This document shows positions 58,457-64,000 of a stretch of DNA of 64,000 bases, piece by piece. The translations under genes were made by a program, and so were the position numbers. The notes under the pieces were generated by a model. That model worked only from the letters and a program-made list of their open reading frames with translations. It did no database searches and was not told the DNA's origin. Within the stretch, counting starts at the first letter, position 1, and the number at the start of each line of letters is the position of its first letter. This DNA comes from Verrucomicrobiota bacterium (GTDB lineage Bacteria > Verrucomicrobiota > Verrucomicrobiia > Limisphaerales > AAA164-E04): positions 6,111 through 70,110 of the forward strand of contig JAQWLM010000099.1 in NCBI GenBank assembly GCA_029247315.1. Reading direction: 5' to 3'.

Positions 58457-59470
58457 ATGACAAGGGTGAAGCCTTTTTTAAGCGTATTTGCAATGCTCCT
58501 GATGACGATCTTGAATATACAGGCACAGGTGGATCATCGCGTGTCTCATGTCCTTTTCGAGACCGGATTTGAGGAAGAGGAGGGTTACATCTACGATGCC
58601 GATCTCATTGGACAGAATGGATGGATTGGTTTTGCTGGAGGGGACACTTTCTTGGAAGACTCCAATGACGGTTCGACGGGACTAGTCTCCGATGTGCTCC
58701 AGGGACAAGGGCAGCATGCTTATATCGGTTTTGTGAAACCAAATTATGAAACCAGTGTCGCGTTCCTCAGTTTATTGCAGCCCGCCAATCACCAACCTAT
58801 CGAAGGTGCAGATGAAATATTAAGGTTCTCGGTGAGTATGGGAATCATGGACTCGACCAACGACGAGAGAGATAATTTTCGATGGAGTGCCTACAATACC
58901 GAGGGCTTCCGCTTGTTTTCTCTGGATTTTGATAATGAAACCAAGTCTATTTCCTATGCTCTTGATAATGATGAACCTCTGCAGTCAACAGGTTTTGAGT
59001 TTGATAACAATATTTTTTATGACCTACGCATCGATGTGGATCTGCTGGGTAACACTTGGACGGCCCTTGTGGGCGAAGTCGTGTTGGTTGACGCTTTGCC
59101 ACTGACTACGAAAAATTCCAAAAAAGACATCGGAGATATGGATGCTGTATGGGCCATTTACCGACCTGAATTGCCCGGTGATAACTACATGGTCTTTGAT
59201 AATTACCGTTTAGAGGTTTTAGGAAGCCGTCCAGTTCCCCCGGTCTTGATTCCTAAGGGACACCTTCCAGGGGGAGGCTTTGTCGTCCAAGTCAAAGGGG
59301 TTTCAGGCATGGCTTACCGTATTGAGTCGACCAAAAATCTACAGCAGTGGGAGGTCATGCTGGAACGTTTGGAACTGGGTGGTAGGGGGCATGCGGATTG
59401 GGTTGATGAGTCCGCCTCAGATGCGGGTCAAAGGTTCTATCGCCTCGTGGTCCTCTCCGAAGGGGTTTAG
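58457..59470 (+). CDS. Secreted hypothetical protein with C-terminal RFYR module
   Basis: Signal peptide MTRVKPFLSVFAMLLMTILNIQA. No catalytic motif recognised. The C-terminal 79 aa (nt 59231-59470) end QRFYRLVVLSEGV. Confidence 0.6.
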   Translation: MTRVKPFLSVFAMLLMTILNIQAQVDHRVSHVLFETGFEEEEGYIYDADLIGQNGWIGFAGGDTFLEDSNDGSTGLVSDVLQGQGQHAYIGFVKPNYETSVAFLSLLQPANHQPIEGADEILRFSVSMGIMDSTNDERDNFRWSAYNTEGFRLFSLDFDNETKSISYALDNDEPLQSTGFEFDNNIFYDLRIDVDLLGNTWTALVGEVVLVDALPLTTKNSKKDIGDMDAVWAIYRPELPGDNYMVFDNYRLEVLGSRPVPPVLIPKGHLPGGGFVVQVKGVSGMAYRIESTKNLQQWEVMLERLELGGRGHADWVDESASDAGQRFYRLVVLSEGV

Positions 59471-59605
59471 AGACATACTCACGGGGATTATCTCACCTCG
59501 TCCGACTTTCTCGTTGGGGCCCGGGTCATTACGGCTCATCTCCTGCGAAGATATCTTCGCAGCAATGTTGCATGGCCTTCCTGATGTGACCCTTTTTCAA
59601 GTGAT

Positions 59606-60031
59606 TTACTCTACCTTTTTGTAAATATCTATTTCTGGATCTTCATCACGAAAACTCTCGAAATTGGTGGCGACAGTCATGGTTTTGTAGCCCATACGGT
59701 AGACGATGGAACGATCATCGTAGATGGCTGAAATGTTAGTTTCGCTCTCACCAGCCTTGATATCTTTAAGCAATAACAAGTGCAAATCGTTTACCTTTTG
59801 GATTTTCGCAGCACCTTCCGCGTAAATCATGGTTTGTCCCTGTGGGCTTTTAATCCAAAACTTGAAGGTTTTTTCCTTGAACTCAAGGACTTGCTTATAC
59901 TTTTGCCCCTCGGTATTCTCTTTCTCAACCATCCACTTTCCGCTGATTTTTTCCAGATCATCCGCTTTTGCGGAGAAGTGAGTCAGTGCGAGGAATGTGA
60001 TAACCGATAGGTATTTTAATATTGTTTTCAT
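59606..60031 (-). CDS. Small secreted hypothetical protein (lipocalin-like size, Lys-rich)
   Basis: Signal peptide MKTILKYLSVITFLALTHFSAKA, then GKWMVEKENTEGQ.... By eye it is more AT-rich than its neighbours. Confidence 0.55.
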   Translation of the reverse strand: MKTILKYLSVITFLALTHFSAKADDLEKISGKWMVEKENTEGQKYKQVLEFKEKTFKFWIKSPQGQTMIYAEGAAKIQKVNDLHLLLLKDIKAGESETNISAIYDDRSIVYRMGYKTMTVATNFESFRDEDPEIDIYKKVE

Positions 60032-60068
60032 CTCTTGCTTGCCTTCATGCTTCTGCCCTTTGAATCCT

Positions 60069-61559
60069 ATGCAGGTGAATCCACTTCAACAAGTCCAATT
60101 CATGCTTGACCTCATTACAAGCAAATGGGGTGCTTTCTTGCGTCTGAGTGCATGCCACAGGTTATTGGCGTGCTGGCTTCTTATGGGGGGATATCTTCTA
60201 GAGACTCAAGGGGCGGCTCCAAACATCATCCTGATGATGGCAGATGACTTGGGTTGGTGCGATGTTGGTTTTAACGGTAATCGAGTGGTGCATACCCCCC
60301 ACCTTGACGCTCTGTCAGGAGATGGACTGATTTTTGACCGTTTTTACGCCGCATCGCCGGTTTGCAGCCCTACGCGTGGTTCCTGTCTGACCGGTCGACA
60401 TCCTGCTCGCTATAAGATAAGCACCGCAAATGCTGGACATATCTTGACTGAGGAAACGACGATTGCCGAATTGCTTGCATCCAAGGGCTATTTCACGGGG
60501 CATTTTGGCAAGTGGCATCTGGGGACATTGACGCAACAAGGAAAAGACTCCAACCGAGGCGGTGATAGAAATTTACAACATTATGCGCCACCGACTGCGC
60601 ACGGTTTTCATACCTACTTCAGCACTGAAGCTAAAACCCCGACATGGGACTCTCAGTGGGCTCCTCGAAAACGATCTCAAACCTGGTGGAATCCCGTGCA
60701 TCTTCTGGATCGTGTTCCTTATGGCACTTCCTACTGGACCCCAGATGGGCGAGTGAGCGAGCCTTTACCCGGAGATGACTCCGCGATGATCATGCAGCGT
60801 GCATTGGAATTCATGGAAAAAGCCTCGGAAGCGGATCGGCCTTTCCTTGCCGTGATTTGGTTTCATACCCCGCATTTGCCTGTTGTTGCTGGGAAAGAAT
60901 GGACCGAAGCCTACCATACCCTGGGGGCTTATCATCAGCACTATTACGGATCCATTTCTGCCTTGGATCATCAAGTGGGTCGTTTACGAAGCTTCCTTCA
61001 ATCCAGGGAGCTCAAGCAAAATACGATGCTGTGGTTTTGCTCTGATAATGGGCCTGAAGGACAGTCATTTAAGGCCCCTGGTTCGGCTTGGCCCCTTCAA
61101 GGACGCAAGCGCAGTTTGCATGAAGGGGGTATCCGAGTGCCAGCATTCATGGTGTGGCCGGGAAAGGTACATTCAGGTCAACGCACCAGCCTGCCTGTAA
61201 TGACAAGTGATTATCTTCCGACCTTGCTGGATATTCTGGAAGTATCCTTGCCAGCGCGCCCCATGGATGGCATGAGTCTACGTCCTCTCCTGGAGGGGGG
61301 CACTGGGCATCCCGTGGATGCTATTGAGCAACGTGAGATTGGTTTCCAGTTTGGGCGTCAAACCGCCTGGATGCGAGGTAGTCTGAAGTATTATAGTCCC
61401 GATGGAGGGAAGACTGATTACCTCTATGATTTGAATCATGATGAGCAGGAATCAATCAATCTTGCGGAGACTCAAACCGCCCAGCTTCAAAAAATGAAGG
61501 ATGCACTCAGGGCTTGGCAGTTTTCCTGTTCTCAAAGTGCGGAGGGCTTGGACTATTAA
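60069..61559 (+). CDS. Sulfatase-family enzyme (formylglycine-dependent), secreted
   Basis: IILMMADDLGWCDVG, canonical CSPTRGSCLTGRHP, and GKWHLG. Track ORF start 59997 overlaps the opposite-strand gene. ATG at 60069 or 60102 gives a normal signal peptide. Confidence 0.9.
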   Translation: MQVNPLQQVQFMLDLITSKWGAFLRLSACHRLLACWLLMGGYLLETQGAAPNIILMMADDLGWCDVGFNGNRVVHTPHLDALSGDGLIFDRFYAASPVCSPTRGSCLTGRHPARYKISTANAGHILTEETTIAELLASKGYFTGHFGKWHLGTLTQQGKDSNRGGDRNLQHYAPPTAHGFHTYFSTEAKTPTWDSQWAPRKRSQTWWNPVHLLDRVPYGTSYWTPDGRVSEPLPGDDSAMIMQRALEFMEKASEADRPFLAVIWFHTPHLPVVAGKEWTEAYHTLGAYHQHYYGSISALDHQVGRLRSFLQSRELKQNTMLWFCSDNGPEGQSFKAPGSAWPLQGRKRSLHEGGIRVPAFMVWPGKVHSGQRTSLPVMTSDYLPTLLDILEVSLPARPMDGMSLRPLLEGGTGHPVDAIEQREIGFQFGRQTAWMRGSLKYYSPDGGKTDYLYDLNHDEQESINLAETQTAQLQKMKDALRAWQFSCSQSAEGLDY

Positions 61560-61620
61560 ATATAATGCAGAGAATTGCTGACATCTATGGCGGCCAGAGG
61601 CCTTCTGTCGCTCACCCCTG

Positions 61621-62316
61621 ATGACCCAATCTACACCATCTCAAAACGTGCTACATTCTCCACTGGGCTTACGTGTTGTCCCGTTTGTTCTATTCATTGC
61701 CTTGACGGCGGGGCAGGGACTCTTCGGTGAGGCCTCAGCATATTGGTTGTATTTGATCAAGTCTTTGGTGGGGATCGGATTGATTGCCTGGATGTGGCCT
61801 AAGGTTGCAGAAATGCGTTGGGTTCTCAGCTGGGAGGCAATTGTTGTTGGAGTTTTAGTTTTTGCAATATGGGTTGGCATTGATCCCTATTTTACTCACC
61901 TGAGTGATTTTGGTGAACAGCAGGATAAGGACCCCGCACCCTGGAATCCCTATGCCTTTTTTGGACCAGGAACTCCGCTGGCATACTTTTTTGTGGTGGT
62001 CCGTATCCTGGGAATGACCTTTGTGGTTCCACCACTCGAGGAGATCTTCTATCGATCGTTTGTTTACCGCTACATCGTAAAGCCGAAATTTGAAAAGGTA
62101 GCCTTCAATCAATTTCATTGGGGCGGCTTTTTGGGAACTTCCCTTTTGTTTGGCATCACCCATGATGAATGGCTTTCTGGCATTCTGTGTGGTTTGCTCT
62201 ATCAATGGCTCGTCATTAGGAAAAATCGTGTGGGGGATGCAATGACGGCGCATGCCATTACTAACGGAATGCTGGGGTGTTATGTCGTCATCCGTGGAGC
62301 CTGGCAATTCTGGTAA
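61621..62316 (+). CDS. CPBP-family (CAAX/Abi) intramembrane glutamic protease
   Basis: Motif 1 EEIFYRSF, motif 2 FGITHD, motif 3 HAITNG, and multiple TM helices. Confidence 0.8.
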   Translation: MTQSTPSQNVLHSPLGLRVVPFVLFIALTAGQGLFGEASAYWLYLIKSLVGIGLIAWMWPKVAEMRWVLSWEAIVVGVLVFAIWVGIDPYFTHLSDFGEQQDKDPAPWNPYAFFGPGTPLAYFFVVVRILGMTFVVPPLEEIFYRSFVYRYIVKPKFEKVAFNQFHWGGFLGTSLLFGITHDEWLSGILCGLLYQWLVIRKNRVGDAMTAHAITNGMLGCYVVIRGAWQFW

Positions 62317-62394
62317 GGAGTCGGGTGAGGACGTGGAGCGACTTCGACGCGCGTGGCTATGGTTTGTGGCTGTGGTGTTTTACTGAGTTTTGTT

Positions 62395-63324
62395 GTGGAA
62401 TATAAGGATTATTACAAATCGTTGGGTGTTGCGAAGAGTGCAAGTAAGGAAAATATTCGTTCGTCCTTTCGACGTTTGGCCAGGCAGTATCACCCCGATG
62501 TGACTGGCAACGAGCCCAAGGCAGAAGAGCGTTTCAAGGAGATCAACGAAGCATATGAGGTGTTGAGCGATCCGGAAAAGCGACGCAAATACGATGCACT
62601 GGGAAACAGATGGAGCCCTGGCAGAGGCGGCACGGCACCTCGAGGGTGGCCTGGTAGAGCCTCACATGGGAGGCGGAACGATGGAGATTTCGATTTTGGA
62701 GGTACTGGGTTCAGTGATTTTTTCGAGCAATACTTTGGGAGTGAACATGCCGGATTCGGGAAAGGAACCTCGCAGTCCAATGCCCGTGGAATGGACGTGG
62801 AGGCAGATATTATGGTGACCCTGGAAGAAGTGGCTCGAGGCTCTGTCCGGGCCATCACGGTCAGGAATCGGGAGAGTCATGCGATGACAAAGCAGTTCAA
62901 GATCAAGGTTCCAAAGGGAGTCCTGGATGGGCAAAAACTGAGACTTACGGGTAAGGGTGAAGTTGGACTGGGCGGTGTTGGTGATTTGTATCTCAGGGTA
63001 AAATATGCCAGTCATCCGGACTTCAGAGTCACTGATGGTCATCTGCACGTTGAGACCTCTGTGGCTCCATGGGATGCCGTCCTCGGGGCATGCCTGTCCT
63101 CCCGCACACTTGGCAGTGTCGTTCAGGTTAGAATTCCCCCTGGGACTCAAAGTGGACAAATACTGCGACTCAAATCTAAAGGACTGCCACAAGGAAATAC
63201 GCAGCTTGGGGATCTCTACATACATCTGAAAGTGCTGTTGCCAAAGTCCCTGAATCAGGAGGAAAAACGGCAATGGGAAGTCTTGCGCGATGTCTCTTCT
63301 TTTGTTCCCGGCAATGACACATGA
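62395..63324 (+). CDS. J-domain co-chaperone, CbpA-like (DnaJ without zinc finger)
   Basis: KDYYKSLGV...YHPDV (HPD motif), a G/F-like region, no CxxCxGxG repeats, and DnaJ C-terminal beta domains. GTG at 62395 gives the canonical N-terminus. The longest ORF starts at 62353. Confidence 0.8.
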   Translation: MEYKDYYKSLGVAKSASKENIRSSFRRLARQYHPDVTGNEPKAEERFKEINEAYEVLSDPEKRRKYDALGNRWSPGRGGTAPRGWPGRASHGRRNDGDFDFGGTGFSDFFEQYFGSEHAGFGKGTSQSNARGMDVEADIMVTLEEVARGSVRAITVRNRESHAMTKQFKIKVPKGVLDGQKLRLTGKGEVGLGGVGDLYLRVKYASHPDFRVTDGHLHVETSVAPWDAVLGACLSSRTLGSVVQVRIPPGTQSGQILRLKSKGLPQGNTQLGDLYIHLKVLLPKSLNQEEKRQWEVLRDVSSFVPGNDT

Positions 63325-63712
63325 AGACTGAGTATCGTAGTTGCCCATCCTTTCCCAAGTATTTGAAACGCCTCCTCATGATTTTTGAATACCCGCTCCA
63401 AAAAACCTTGCAAAGCGCATGGTGGGGAATGGCGTAAGGGGAGACATCATCGGATTTGCGTCCTTTCCTGGAGGGGGGATTTATGCTCGACAGTTGAACT
63501 TTATCTGTTTTACGCGACGGACTCTAACATAGGCTGTCGGGGAGTTATGTTTCATCCAGGAAAAGGCCCCAGAACAGCATGTATGAGGTTAAGGCTTTGA
63601 ACTCGGACATTGACATATCGAGGCGGTCTGATATTTTCCCCCGCTCGTTTCTCGTGGCGCGAAGGGACTCCTACAACCCATTTATCGTCAGATTCACCGC
63701 AAAAAGAAAATT

Positions 63713-64000
63713 ATGGCTAAAAAAGCATCAGGTAAAAAACAGCATAAGTACGTCTACAAGTTCGGCAAAAAGAAAGCTGACGGCAATGGTAAATTGAAAG
63801 AGCTCCTTGGTGGCAAAGGGGCTAATCTAGCGGAGATGACCCGTATCGGCCTGCCTGTGCCTCCAGGCTTTACCATTTCGACGGAGGTATGCACTTATTT
63901 TTACGATCACAAGCGAAGTTATCCCAAGGAGCTGCAAGGTCAGATCGAGGATGGTGTTCGCAACATGGAAAAAGTTCTCAACCGGAAATTTGGCGATTTG
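63713..64000 (+). CDS. ppdK: Pyruvate, phosphate dikinase, N-terminal fragment (continues beyond the window)
   Basis: My translation from ATG at 63713 is [64 protein letters not shown]..., matching the PPDK ATP-grasp N-terminus. It is open to the window end and not in the ORF track. Confidence 0.85.
   Translation, partial: MAKKASGKKQHKYVYKFGKKKADGNGKLKELLGGKGANLAEMTRIGLPVPPGFTISTEVCTYFYDHKRSYPKELQGQIEDGVRNMEKVLNRKFGDL

Noticed and set aside
59997-60068. 5' extension of the third sulfatase ORF
   Set aside because: It would overlap the start of the opposite-strand gene (59606-60031) and adds Cys/Phe-rich residues ahead of a normal signal peptide. ATG at 60069 or 60102 is preferred.
62662-63348. 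228-aa ORF antisense to the CbpA-like J-protein gene
   Set aside because: It lies entirely within and opposite a gene with clear J-domain and DnaJ C-terminal motifs. Its translation has no recognisable motif and odd composition. It is a typical shadow ORF.
1-64000. Scan for tRNA, rRNA, tmRNA, RNase P RNA, CRISPR repeats, large direct or inverted repeats, and defence or toxin-antitoxin modules
   Set aside because: Visual inspection found no T-loop (GGTTCGAATCC-like) context, no regularly spaced short repeats, and no recognisable small toxin/antitoxin pairs or defence-gene motifs. This is an eye scan only, so tRNAscan/Infernal/CRISPR finders would be needed to be definitive.

Overview
The window looks like a gene-dense chromosomal segment of about 55 genes, probably from a PVC-superphylum bacterium (Verrucomicrobiota- or Planctomycetota-like). 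That placement is an inference from gene content. The supporting content is three formylglycine-type sulfatases, three prepilin-like proteins with a C-terminal H-Xn-DG motif, very large secreted Ig/beta-propeller/beta-helix proteins, and lysine-pathway genes (dapB plus a DapL-like aminotransferase). Housekeeping genes recognised from motifs are lpxD, lpxB, an LptF/G permease, a GT4-methyltransferase-GT9 LPS-core-like operon, panD, trpA, folK, dapB, cysE, tadA, a DinG-like helicase, a XerC/D recombinase and the 5' end of ppdK. I saw no rRNA, tRNA, CRISPR array, intact mobile element or recognisable defence or toxin system. The only mobile-element trace is a possible degraded integrase fragment in a 960-bp non-coding island. 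Four things seem most worth following up. (1) Three otherwise unrelated secreted proteins share a C-terminal module of about 60-80 aa ending in RF[YF]R[LV]. (2) H-Xn-DG pseudopilin-like genes sit repeatedly next to secreted hydrolase genes. (3) A Trp-rich lipoprotein carries a Ser/Arg/Pro-rich tail of about 235 aa. (4) A NusG-paralog, NUDIX and TadA are translationally coupled in one operon. All family calls come from reading motifs in the supplied translations and my own translations. No database search, HMM or structure prediction was run.
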